A DNA stretch of 64,000 nt from Capsulimonadales bacterium (GTDB lineage Bacteria; Armatimonadota; Armatimonadia; Armatimonadales; Armatimonadaceae), in contig JANRLW010000071.1 of NCBI GenBank assembly GCA_033762295.1, positions 1 through 64,000 of the forward strand. Reading direction: 5' to 3'. Of this stretch, positions 21,867 to 30,707 are shown piece by piece; positions within the stretch are counted from its first letter, which is position 1; each line of letters starts with the position of its first letter. The notes under the pieces are model-generated. The model searched no databases. It saw only the letters and a list, made by a program, of their open reading frames with translations, and was not told the origin of the DNA. The position numbers and the translations under genes were made by a program.

Positions 21867-23018
21867 TTACGCCTCGTCACGGTAGATTCGAGCGATGTGC
21901 GCACCCGTCGCCAGACGCAACGCCGGAATCGTCGCCTCATCTCCCACCCCGATCTCCGGCAGGTCGGTTACGTCGACCACGGTCAGTTGCATCGAAACCC
22001 GCCCCAGAACGGGCGCGGACTTGCCGCCGAATTGCACCGATAGCGTTCGCCGATACTTCCGGGCCAGCAGTTTGAAGGGGGATTGCCGCCAGATCGGCCC
22101 TTCCGGCGCGAGCGTGAATCCGTCGGCGTACCCGACCGGCAGAATCGCGGCGCGGGTCGGGCGTTTGGTCACCGCCTCTCCGCCATACCCGACGGCGGTT
22201 CCGGTTGGCAACTCCCGCACGGACACCACCCGTGCGATCAGTTCCCAGGTCTTTTGCAGGTTCAAGCTCTTCGGAACGGACGCCGACGGATACTGACCGT
22301 AGAGCAACGTGCCGATCCGCACCATGTCGAAATGCGCCTCCGGAAACCTTAACGCCGCCGCGCTGTTGGCCGCATGCGCCCATCCGAAGGCGATCTTCTC
22401 CGCCTGAAGGTGTGCCAGCGTCTCCTTGAAGACGACCAGTTGCCGACGGCAGGCCGCCGGGTCGCTCTCGCTCGCCGTGGCGAAATGGGTGAAGATACCC
22501 GTCGGCGTCACTCCGTAGATGCCGGCCAGGGCGCGGAAAAATCCGGGGGTCGCCTCCGGCAGCAGGCCGAGACGCCCCATTCCCGTATCGACTTTTACAT
22601 GGACCAGCGCCTGCTTTTCCTGTCGCCGCGCCGCCGCCGCCAGCGCCTGACACAGTTCCAGGCTATCCGCCGCGCAAATCAGATCGTACCGTACCGCCGC
22701 CTCGGAATTCTCCGGCAAAATCGGCGCCATGACCAGAATCGGGGCATCCAAGCCGCCCTGTCGGAGGGTCAGCGCCTCATCGATCCGGGTGACGCCCAGC
22801 ATATCCGCCCCCGCCGCCAGGAACGCCCGCGCCGGTTCGACATACCCATGCCCGAACCCGTTGCCCTTGACCACCGCCAGAATCCGCACCGGAGACGGCA
22901 CCGTGCGGCGCACCTCGGAGAAGTTGTGACGAAGGGAAGGTAACGAAACCTCCACCCGCACGTCGGGAGTGATCGTGATCGTATCCTCGGACTCGGAGGC
23001 AGGCAGGGAGGGAAGCAT
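21867..23018 (-). CDS. alr: Alanine racemase (divergent)
   Basis: AVVKGNGFGHG (PLP Lys), HVKVDTGMGRLG, FTHFA, HAANSAA, VGYGG, PVGYADG. Confidence 0.9.
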   Translation of the reverse strand: MLPSLPASESEDTITITPDVRVEVSLPSLRHNFSEVRRTVPSPVRILAVVKGNGFGHGYVEPARAFLAAGADMLGVTRIDEALTLRQGGLDAPILVMAPILPENSEAAVRYDLICAADSLELCQALAAAARRQEKQALVHVKVDTGMGRLGLLPEATPGFFRALAGIYGVTPTGIFTHFATASESDPAACRRQLVVFKETLAHLQAEKIAFGWAHAANSAAALRFPEAHFDMVRIGTLLYGQYPSASVPKSLNLQKTWELIARVVSVRELPTGTAVGYGGEAVTKRPTRAAILPVGYADGFTLAPEGPIWRQSPFKLLARKYRRTLSVQFGGKSAPVLGRVSMQLTVVDVTDLPEIGVGDEATIPALRLATGAHIARIYRDEA

Positions 23019-23022
23019 CGGT

Positions 23023-24105
23023 TCAGGCTTCCTGAACCTGTTTCGTCGGCACCCGATTCCGGTTTTTCAGCGCGGTTCGGATTCGCGGCAACGCACGGGT
23101 CCAACCCCAGTACCAGACCGGCGAAAGAACCAGATCGTACTCGCCGACATACTCGACAAAACGGGGCCGGAACCCCTCCTTGAAGCGGTTCAAACCTTCC
23201 AGGTGAGCGTCTCCGGTGCCTTTCTTCGGCGAGACGCCCCGAAAATCGTACCACTTGCACCCCTGTTCCTTCGCCTGACGGATCATCTCCCACTGGAGCA
23301 GGTGGGGTGCCATAACGTTTCGATTCCGGTTGGAGGACGCGCCGTACAGGTAACACGCCTTGTCCCCGAAAACGTAGTTAAAAACCCCGGCGATCGGTTC
23401 TCCCTCGAAATAGGCCAGAGAGACACGGGCGAACCCGGCGGGACTCAGGCAGTCCCACATGTCGAGGAAATACTTTTCGCTTCGGACGAGGAACCCGTCC
23501 CGTTCGGTGGTTTCGCGCAGCAGGGCGTAAAAGGCAGAAATTTCCTCGCGCCCCCCATGGCGAACGGTCACGCCCTTCCGGCCCGCAAGCCGAATGTTGT
23601 AGCGCCACTTCTCATGGAACGACGCCAGCAACTCGTCTTCCGTCCGTCCGGCAAGGTCCAGTTGCATGACACACTTCGGTTGTGTCCCGCCGAATCCGGT
23701 CGCGGCGATCGGTCGAAAGCCGACCGCGCGCAGGTTCGCGTCGCTCACCGTGTCTTCGATATCGACCGGGGGATCGATCTTGATCAGGATCGCGCCGTGC
23801 TGACGCGCCGCCTGCTTCATGGCGTCGGTGAAGGAGCGAACGAGGTCGGCGTCTTTCGTGTCCAGAACCGGTCCGCGGGACGCATAGAGAATACATCGTC
23901 CCGTTTTCGGTATCGCCCGTTTGAGGAGAGAGACCGCCGCGATCGTTTCTCCGTCGCGTTCGGCGATCAGGCGGATCGGTTTCCAGCCCGCCCGGGCCTT
24001 GAGGTCGCCCCATTCCCAGGATTGCAGCAGATCGCCCCAGGAGAAGCGGGCGATGAAGTCGTTGAAGCGGGCACGGTCCTCCGTGCCCGCCACTTTCCAT
24101 TGCAT
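23023..24105 (-). CDS. FemX/FemAB-family lipid II aminoacyltransferase
   Basis: LLQSWEWGDLK, RGP, KWRYNIRLA, YLYGASS, HLLQWEMI, YDFRGV, GLNRFKEGF. Confidence 0.92.
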   Translation of the reverse strand: MQWKVAGTEDRARFNDFIARFSWGDLLQSWEWGDLKARAGWKPIRLIAERDGETIAAVSLLKRAIPKTGRCILYASRGPVLDTKDADLVRSFTDAMKQAARQHGAILIKIDPPVDIEDTVSDANLRAVGFRPIAATGFGGTQPKCVMQLDLAGRTEDELLASFHEKWRYNIRLAGRKGVTVRHGGREEISAFYALLRETTERDGFLVRSEKYFLDMWDCLSPAGFARVSLAYFEGEPIAGVFNYVFGDKACYLYGASSNRNRNVMAPHLLQWEMIRQAKEQGCKWYDFRGVSPKKGTGDAHLEGLNRFKEGFRPRFVEYVGEYDLVLSPVWYWGWTRALPRIRTALKNRNRVPTKQVQEA

Positions 24106-24153
24106 AGCCCCATTATACCGATTCCCCGGGCGGGGCCGCCCGGGGAAACCGCG

Positions 24154-24774
24154 TCAGAACTGGTAACCGAGGCGAATCTGTGTTCCGTTCAGGTTGACCC
24201 GCTCATCGAAAATGCTCGGATGCGGGGCGAACGTGTAGTCCACTTCGCCGAACAGACCGTTCGGCAGGCTGGCGCCAAGCGCGATCTTGCCGCCGAGGGT
24301 GGTCCGATTCGTTCGCTGGGAGATCGGACGAAGATCCGTTTCACTGATGACGGTTTCCTGTTTCACGCGACCCCAGTAGATACCGACCCCGGTTCCGAAA
24401 TACGGGCGGAAACCCTGCAGTTCGCCCTTCGGGTCGAGGGAGTACTTCGCCATCAATCCGACCCCGACCATGGACGCTTCCACCCGCCCGATGGTCGCTT
24501 CGCGATGGTTTTTAATACGGTTAAAGTAGTCGGCGTACACTTCGACCGTTGTCGGCAGAAACGCGTCGAACCGGCGAAGATTTGCCCCGATACCGAAGGA
24601 GAGGAAATTCGTCCCCAAAGCCTCTCTGGTATTTCCGTTGGACGGCAGGTACCCACCGATCCGCACCAGAAACGGTCCTCGCGGCCCCATCGTCTGCGCC
24701 TGTACGGCGCCGCTCCCGATCAGTGTCAATGCACCGATCGCGCACGCTCCTGCCATTGTCCTCAACAAAGCCAT
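24154..24774 (-). CDS. Small outer membrane beta-barrel protein (OmpA/OmpW-like)
   Basis: aggagg SD, signal peptide, RPYFGTGVG, C-terminal LGYQF. Confidence 0.8.
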   Translation of the reverse strand: MALLRTMAGACAIGALTLIGSGAVQAQTMGPRGPFLVRIGGYLPSNGNTREALGTNFLSFGIGANLRRFDAFLPTTVEVYADYFNRIKNHREATIGRVEASMVGVGLMAKYSLDPKGELQGFRPYFGTGVGIYWGRVKQETVISETDLRPISQRTNRTTLGGKIALGASLPNGLFGEVDYTFAPHPSIFDERVNLNGTQIRLGYQF

Positions 24775-24910
24775 TCCAATCCTCCTGAGATTTCCAGCCA
24801 AACCGTTTTCTATGAAAGCCGTTCGGCAAAAAGCCCTATGGCTCCTTCTTTCCATTCGTTTTCCGAGCAAAACCCGATTTCCTGACAAGGAGTAAGGAAG
24901 CATAGTTTCG

Positions 24911-26011
24911 CTATTTTACGACGGAGGACGTCGGGCGTAGCGAGGCGATCGTCACTTCGGCGGACGGATACTTTCGCCCGGTGCGCGTATCCCACATCAT
25001 TAGCAGGACTCGCCCACCGACACCACCCGTATAACTGCCGGTGACAACCAGGGTAGCTCCGGCCTTCCGTCCGACCTCCGTCAGTTCCGGCCCCTCCTCC
25101 CGTTCGGGCCGATCCGGACGAAACGCCTCGGTGAGCAGACGCGCACCCTTGCGGTCGACGCTTTTGAAAAGTTCGCCTCGCCCTTGTTGCGCTGCGAGCA
25201 ATAACTCCTCAAGAACGGCGCGAACGACCGGTTCCGGCACGGTACCCTCCCGACTGCCGCCGACCTGGCGGAGCGGAGCGACACCGATCCGGTACGGGGG
25301 CATCCGCAATCCGGGCGCGTCCGCCTTCGACATTGCCAGCGCGCCGGCGATCAGCCGGGCGGAGGCAAGGCGCAGGGCATCTCTCAGAGGATCTCCGGCG
25401 CGGTTACCGACGTAACCCGGCCTCGGCGTCAATCGTGCGTTCCCCCAGACACAGCCGCGGGCCCGGTCCATATCCCGGCCGCGCTGCGGCAGATCGGAGG
25501 CGTAGCGGGTGATCAGGGTGAGGCTCAGGACGCCTTCGGTGGACACATCCAGTTCCGTCGGCTCCCGGCGCGTCGGCTCCTCGGCGGTCCCGATCCCGAC
25601 GGGCGACCGCAAAGCGCCCGTCGCCTCGGTCCGGGCCAGAAGCCGATCGTCCCCCCAGACCTCGAAATAGACGTACCCTCGCCCGCGCGACGCCTCCCGC
25701 TCCTCCCGCCCGACCGTCGCCCGGAAACGGACGAAATCACCGTTCAGCAGAACCGAAAGTTTCGATAGCTGCTCCCCCGGACGGATATTGGCGACCTCGG
25801 TAACCAGCGCCCGCTCGAATCGACGATCGGCCAGAGTCACGGTCCGTGACTCATACTTGCGGTAACCGCTCTGTCCCGCGGACAGCCCGTCCAGAAAGGC
25901 CGGCAGATCGATCGGGACCGGTTCCCGCACCGGGAGCGGTGTGAGCGGTGCGCCCTGAAACGGCGAAAGACCAGAGGCCAGGATGCAGAGAACCAGCCGG
26001 ATAACGTCCAC
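24911..26011 (-). CDS. Exported NPCBM/NEW2-domain protein with a C-terminal FlgO/CsgG-like domain
   Basis: F.RFRATVG, FEVWGD..L, LDVS..GV..LTL and VWGNARL motifs; C-terminal GATLVVTGSY. Confidence 0.65.
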   Translation of the reverse strand: MDVIRLVLCILASGLSPFQGAPLTPLPVREPVPIDLPAFLDGLSAGQSGYRKYESRTVTLADRRFERALVTEVANIRPGEQLSKLSVLLNGDFVRFRATVGREEREASRGRGYVYFEVWGDDRLLARTEATGALRSPVGIGTAEEPTRREPTELDVSTEGVLSLTLITRYASDLPQRGRDMDRARGCVWGNARLTPRPGYVGNRAGDPLRDALRLASARLIAGALAMSKADAPGLRMPPYRIGVAPLRQVGGSREGTVPEPVVRAVLEELLLAAQQGRGELFKSVDRKGARLLTEAFRPDRPEREEGPELTEVGRKAGATLVVTGSYTGGVGGRVLLMMWDTRTGRKYPSAEVTIASLRPTSSVVK

Positions 26012-26055
26012 GTCGCACTCCTTCGCTGTATCTTATCGACACGGAACGGGTGTCG

Positions 26056-27516
26056 CTAATGGGTCGCTGATGGGTCGCTGACGGTTCGGCCCGCATCGAC
26101 GGATGCCGTGGGTTCGGCGGGCGCGATCGGTGCGACCGGCGCGGAGCCGACCGCTACATCCCAATCCTTCTGAAATCGCTGCCGCGCCTCCTCCTCGGAC
26201 GCTCCCTGCGACGACAGTTCCGCCAGACGATCCCGCTCGCTCAGCATCAGGGCCGTCACGTACGCCCGGACGTCCGCGACATGGGTCAGAAATCCGGTCA
26301 GTAGTTCCTCGCCACGAAGCCGACCGTTTCCGAACTGTTCCAGCGCTTCCGCTTTGATTTCGCTCAGGCGGTGACGCAAATACAGAAGCTCGCCCAGGTC
26401 CGGCGTAGCCTTTTCCTCCTCGGCCATCGCCGCTTTCTCCACCTTCGCCACTTCCTGCATGTACAGTTCCATTCCGTGGTACCGACGGCGGACGGCCCAG
26501 CGCCAGAGCAGGTACCCCCCGACCAGCAGAGACGCGATCAGATTTCGCAGACTATCGAGTCCCTGCATATCGTCGGAAGTGAAGGCGGGATGATTCCGGT
26601 GCAAAAAATCGGTCGCGCCGCGATGGATCGGCATCTCCGGGGACCGCAGAAGCGTCTCTTCCGCGATTTCCGGAAGGTTGGCGCGATGCAGGAAGGTCGG
26701 CGAGCGCAACGCCTCGAGTGTTCTTCGCACCGCTTCGGGCGCGACCCGGTCCGCCGCCACCAGCAGCAGGCGATTGCCCACGGTCGGAACGGTGTTTTCG
26801 GGAACGGGCGGTACCGCGCCGTAGGCGAACGCGGGCACGGTCGTCGGCACGATCGCGATGTCCCGAAGATTCAGCGCTTCTCCGTAGGGGAGAGGAAGAA
26901 ATCGGTAGCCATGGCGGCGGATCAGTTTTTCCGCGACCGGGGACGGCAGGGTGGAAACCAGGAAGATCGCCTCCGGCAACGCTCCGGGGGAGAGCGCGTC
27001 CAGTTGTACGTACGGCCGGTTCTCCTCGACGAAATCCCGTCCCGCCTCCATCCCGAGGAAGGTCAGCACCCGTTTCGACAGACGGCGCGTGCCGCTCTCC
27101 GGAGTGCTCAGATTCAGCCGCCTTCCCCGCAATCCGAGCAAACCCTTTCCGACGAACGCCGGCTTCACCAGCAGATGGAGCGGTTCGACCGTCAGCATCG
27201 CCACCTGTTTCACACCGGGGACCGGTTCCTGCCCGCCCTGTATCAACGCCAGGTCCAGGTCGCCGCTTTTCAGCCGCTTCATCGCCTCGCCCGACCCCAT
27301 GGTTTCGCGGACCGTGAGTCGGACCCCCTTCGATAACGCCTCCTCCGCCAGCAACGATGCCAGTTGATGGCGTCGTCCGAGGGTGTCGCCGCCGGTGATT
27401 CGCAGCGAATAGGTGCGCGGGCGGAGCAGCGAGACGGCGAAGAACAGAATCACCCCGACGACAACGGCGAAAGCGAAGACCGTGCGCAGGCGAACGCCGC
27501 GAAACAGGGTCGGCAT
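26056..27516 (-). CDS. TAXI-family TRAP solute-binding protein with a C-terminal TM/helical extension
   Basis: ETMGSGE, DLALIQGG, EPLHLLV, SGTR, PIHRGA..F. Confidence 0.8.
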   Translation of the reverse strand: MPTLFRGVRLRTVFAFAVVVGVILFFAVSLLRPRTYSLRITGGDTLGRRHQLASLLAEEALSKGVRLTVRETMGSGEAMKRLKSGDLDLALIQGGQEPVPGVKQVAMLTVEPLHLLVKPAFVGKGLLGLRGRRLNLSTPESGTRRLSKRVLTFLGMEAGRDFVEENRPYVQLDALSPGALPEAIFLVSTLPSPVAEKLIRRHGYRFLPLPYGEALNLRDIAIVPTTVPAFAYGAVPPVPENTVPTVGNRLLLVAADRVAPEAVRRTLEALRSPTFLHRANLPEIAEETLLRSPEMPIHRGATDFLHRNHPAFTSDDMQGLDSLRNLIASLLVGGYLLWRWAVRRRYHGMELYMQEVAKVEKAAMAEEEKATPDLGELLYLRHRLSEIKAEALEQFGNGRLRGEELLTGFLTHVADVRAYVTALMLSERDRLAELSSQGASEEEARQRFQKDWDVAVGSAPVAPIAPAEPTASVDAGRTVSDPSATH

Positions 27517-27519
27517 GGT

Positions 27520-28248
27520 TCACTCCCCGGAGGCTTCGGTCGGCACCGGCGCGGCGGCATGCGGTTCGTTCAGATAATCGATGCCCGGTTCGACCTCGGA
27601 ACCGCGCAGGTGCGCATCATCATTATAGCGATCCAGGACCCAGCGCGCCCGATCATGACGGACGATCTGTTTCCAGACCGTCAGGGAGGTATTGCGGGTA
27701 TCGAACCCGGTGGCCGGAACGGAGAACGGATGCAGACCGAAGAAATGGAAAAAGGAGGCATCCACCACGCCGCCATGACAGACGATCACGATCCGTTTTC
27801 CGGCGTGCGCCTCCAGAATCCGCACCAGGGCGGAATGGACCCGGAGCATGAAGACGGCCCAGCTTTCCCCGCCCGGATCGGTCGGCGTGAACGGATAACG
27901 CTCCATATCGATCCACCCGAAACGCTTCTTGTACTCCGCCAGCGGCAGTCCGTCGCCCTCCGGCCCGGTCCGGAACTCCTGAAGGTCGTCGTCGGCTACC
28001 GGCGGCACGTCGAAAACCGGAGCCAGAATTTCGGCGGTCTGTCGGGCGCGTGGCAGACTGCTTGTCAGGAAAACATCCGCCGTCAGCTCGCCGGAGGTTC
28101 GCAGTCGGTCGCGCAATCGCTCGGCCTGTCGAACCCCGAGCGGGGTCAGACCGCGATCCCCCTTCATACCGCCAATCACCGGCTCGATATTGACGATCGC
28201 CTGTCCGTGTCGGATCAAAGTCAGAGAAGTCAGGTCATTGCGGTTCAT
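27520..28248 (-). CDS. Histidine phosphatase (phosphoglycerate mutase) family protein
   Basis: LIRHGQ, LTPLG..QA, SSLPRARQTA, GGES, VCHGG. Confidence 0.92.
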   Translation of the reverse strand: MNRNDLTSLTLIRHGQAIVNIEPVIGGMKGDRGLTPLGVRQAERLRDRLRTSGELTADVFLTSSLPRARQTAEILAPVFDVPPVADDDLQEFRTGPEGDGLPLAEYKKRFGWIDMERYPFTPTDPGGESWAVFMLRVHSALVRILEAHAGKRIVIVCHGGVVDASFFHFFGLHPFSVPATGFDTRNTSLTVWKQIVRHDRARWVLDRYNDDAHLRGSEVEPGIDYLNEPHAAAPVPTEASGE

Positions 28249-28446
28249 GGTTTACCTTGGACGTAAATCCGTCGAGTTTATGTAGTTTCAACAAACCAAT
28301 ATTACTTCTACTAAGTATTCCTGACATGATACAAAAATAAATTTCTTAGCAAATTGCCTATATTTTATGTGAAAAAGACGTCACCTCGTGGCAGTATCAT
28401 ACCGGAAATCAATCCAAAACGTTCGACTACCTCTCAGGAGCATTTT

Positions 28447-28806
28447 ATGTCCAACAACACTCGTCGCGCATTCACTCTCGTCGAAATCATGATCGTCGTT
28501 CTCGTCATCGGTATCCTGCTGGCGATCGCCGTTCCGAACTTTGTCAAGGCTCGCGAAACCTCCCGCGCCAATGCCTGCATCACCAACCTGAAGCAGATCA
28601 ACTCGGCCAAGCAGCAGTGGGCCATGGACAACAAGAAGAACGGCTCTGACAGCCCGGTCATGACCGACCTGGTCGGCGTCACCGCCACCGCGGGCTACCT
28701 GCAGAGCACCCCGACCTGCCCGTCCAGCGGTTCCTACACCATCGGCAACATCGATACGCTGCCGACCTGCAGCATCACCGCCCCGATCGCGCACAAGATC
28801 CCGTAG
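28447..28806 (+). CDS. Type IV pilin-like protein 1
   Basis: Class III signal RRA|FTLVEIMIVV; caggag SD. Confidence 0.92.
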   Translation: MSNNTRRAFTLVEIMIVVLVIGILLAIAVPNFVKARETSRANACITNLKQINSAKQQWAMDNKKNGSDSPVMTDLVGVTATAGYLQSTPTCPSSGSYTIGNIDTLPTCSITAPIAHKIP

Positions 28807-28935
28807 GCCGGTACCCACCCGAACCGGCGTTCGGGGTTCGTTCCCGCCCCTTGTCCCTCCGCTCCGGCGCTCCTTTCGCCCGCGGCCGGGGGGACGGGGG
28901 CTTTCGTTTAACCCATTCGACAAAGGAGGCACCTC

Positions 28936-29295
28936 ATGTCCGGCAAACGTCGCCTGGGCTTCACATTGATCGAACTCATGATCGTAATCCTGATCCTCGC
29001 CATACTGATCGGGATGGCATCCACCAACATGATCCGCGCACGCGCCACCGCCGCCGCGACCTCCTGTATCGCCAACCTCAAACAGATCACGACCGCCAAG
29101 GAGCAGTGGGCGATGGAGAATCGCAAAACCGCAACGGACACCGTTACCCTGGCCGACCTGACCACCGGGCCGGAGAACGCCCGGTATCTTCACGGTTCCG
29201 TCACCTGCCCGTCCGGCGGCAACTACACCATCGGCAACGTCGATACGCTACCGACCTGCAGCATCACCACCCCGATCCCGCACGTACTGCCCTGA
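28936..29295 (+). CDS. Type IV pilin-like protein 2
   Basis: RRLG|FTLIELMIVI; aaggagg SD. Confidence 0.92.
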   Translation: MSGKRRLGFTLIELMIVILILAILIGMASTNMIRARATAAATSCIANLKQITTAKEQWAMENRKTATDTVTLADLTTGPENARYLHGSVTCPSGGNYTIGNVDTLPTCSITTPIPHVLP

Positions 29296-29468
29296 CGAAT
29301 ACCGCCCCCTTCGGTTCTCCGCCGATCGCCTCAACAAAGGCTGTCTGTAAGGATGTATATTAAATTCAGGCAGAAAAGAAAAAAAGGTTGAAAAAATATG
29401 TTAAAGGCGTCAACAGGTGTGGCAAGACGAATACGGAAATCAATCCACCCTTACAGGAGAATCGAATC

Positions 29469-29828
29469 ATGTCGAACAACGCCCGACGCGCCTTTACGCT
29501 CATCGAAATCATGATTGTCGTTCTGATCATCGGCATTCTGCTGGCGATCGCCGTTCCGAACTTCGTCAAGGCCCGCGAGTCCTCCCGCGCTCGCGCCTGC
29601 ATCTCCAACCTGAAGCAGATCAACTCGTCCAAGCAGCAGTGGGCCATGGACAACAAGAAGAACGGCGCCGACACCCCGGCCATGGCCGACCTGGTCGGAA
29701 CCACCGCCGCCGCCGGTTATATGCAGAGCACCCCGACCTGCCCGTCCAGCGGTTCCTACACCATCGGCAACCTGGACACCCTGCCGACCTGCAGCGTCAC
29801 CGCCCCGATCGCTCACGTTCTGCCGTAG
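29469..29828 (+). CDS. Type IV pilin-like protein 3 (close paralog of pilin 1)
   Basis: RRA|FTLIEIMIVV; caggag SD. Confidence 0.92.
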   Translation: MSNNARRAFTLIEIMIVVLIIGILLAIAVPNFVKARESSRARACISNLKQINSSKQQWAMDNKKNGADTPAMADLVGTTAAAGYMQSTPTCPSSGSYTIGNLDTLPTCSVTAPIAHVLP

Positions 29829-29855
29829 TCGATCTTTTTCACGTCATCGAAAGAC

Positions 29856-29883
29856 AGCGGGGAAACAAAGGCGTTTCCCCGCT
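29856..29883. terminator. Terminator hairpin between pilin 3 and the convergent NUDIX gene
   Basis: agcggggaaac / gtttccccgct 11-bp stem. Confidence 0.7.
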
Positions 29884-29886
29884 TCG

Positions 29887-30405
29887 CTATTTTTGCCCGT
29901 CCGTAAACGACGCGAGCGACATTCCCCGCGCCAGATGCGCCTTCTCCCGCCAGGCATACATAAAAACCGCCGCCAGCAGGTCGTCCCACGAAAAATAGAG
30001 CGCGGCGATATCCTCCGCATTCGCCAGTTGACGTCCACGGGACTCGTGTTCCACCGGGACCTCCGTCAGTCCCTGAACCGTCGCGATAAACGTCGGAGCG
30101 TGCCGAACGCCGCCCGAAGTCGTCTCCGTCAGGATGAAGTAGCCGATATACCGGACCTCTCCCAGGATCGCTCCGGCCTCCTCCATCGCTTCCCGCCGCA
30201 CCGCCGCCTCCGCGGTCTCTCCCGATTCGATGTGGCCGCTCGGAATACACCAGCCCCGGGTCACGATATCCGCGAGTACGACCCGGTCCCCGTAAAAGGG
30301 AAACACCAGCGCCGCCGGGGCGGGAATGTCCGTCACGGGCGGCTCGGACGATGCCACGAAGGTCGCCCACTCCCGCTTCCAGCGAACCGTCGGAAAGGAG
30401 ATCAC
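29887..30405 (-). CDS. NUDIX hydrolase
   Basis: Nudix box GHIESGETAEAAVRREAMEEAG; GTG start overlaps the upstream stop (GTGA). Confidence 0.88.
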   Translation of the reverse strand: MISFPTVRWKREWATFVASSEPPVTDIPAPAALVFPFYGDRVVLADIVTRGWCIPSGHIESGETAEAAVRREAMEEAGAILGEVRYIGYFILTETTSGGVRHAPTFIATVQGLTEVPVEHESRGRQLANAEDIAALYFSWDDLLAAVFMYAWREKAHLARGMSLASFTDGQK

Positions 30406-30650
30406 TCGTTCCCATCCACTTTCAACAGATCCTGTCGGTTCCGGGCATACAGTTCGATCCGGCCGCAATCGGTGCAGACACGGGCCGCAATCTGTGAGGT
30501 GGTATAGGGGATCACCCCTAGAAAGCCGTCGGGCTTTCCGGCAACGACGATGGTTGCTTCCAGGTTTCCCGCCTTCAATACCCCCTGCGCCAACTCGCCT
30601 CCGCAGGCCGCGCATCGCTTCGTCTTTTCCGCGCTTTTTCCTTCCGCCAT
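30402..30650 (-). CDS. Small zinc-ribbon protein (82 aa)
   Basis: CAACGG...CTDCG pairs; overlaps the NUDIX start codon. Confidence 0.75.
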   Translation of the reverse strand: MAEGKSAEKTKRCAACGGELAQGVLKAGNLEATIVVAGKPDGFLGVIPYTTSQIAARVCTDCGRIELYARNRQDLLKVDGNE

Positions 30651-30707
30651 CCCCGAATTCTTCCCTTCGAAGCGATGATAACCCCCCACGTCCGGCTTGT
30701 CAATGCG

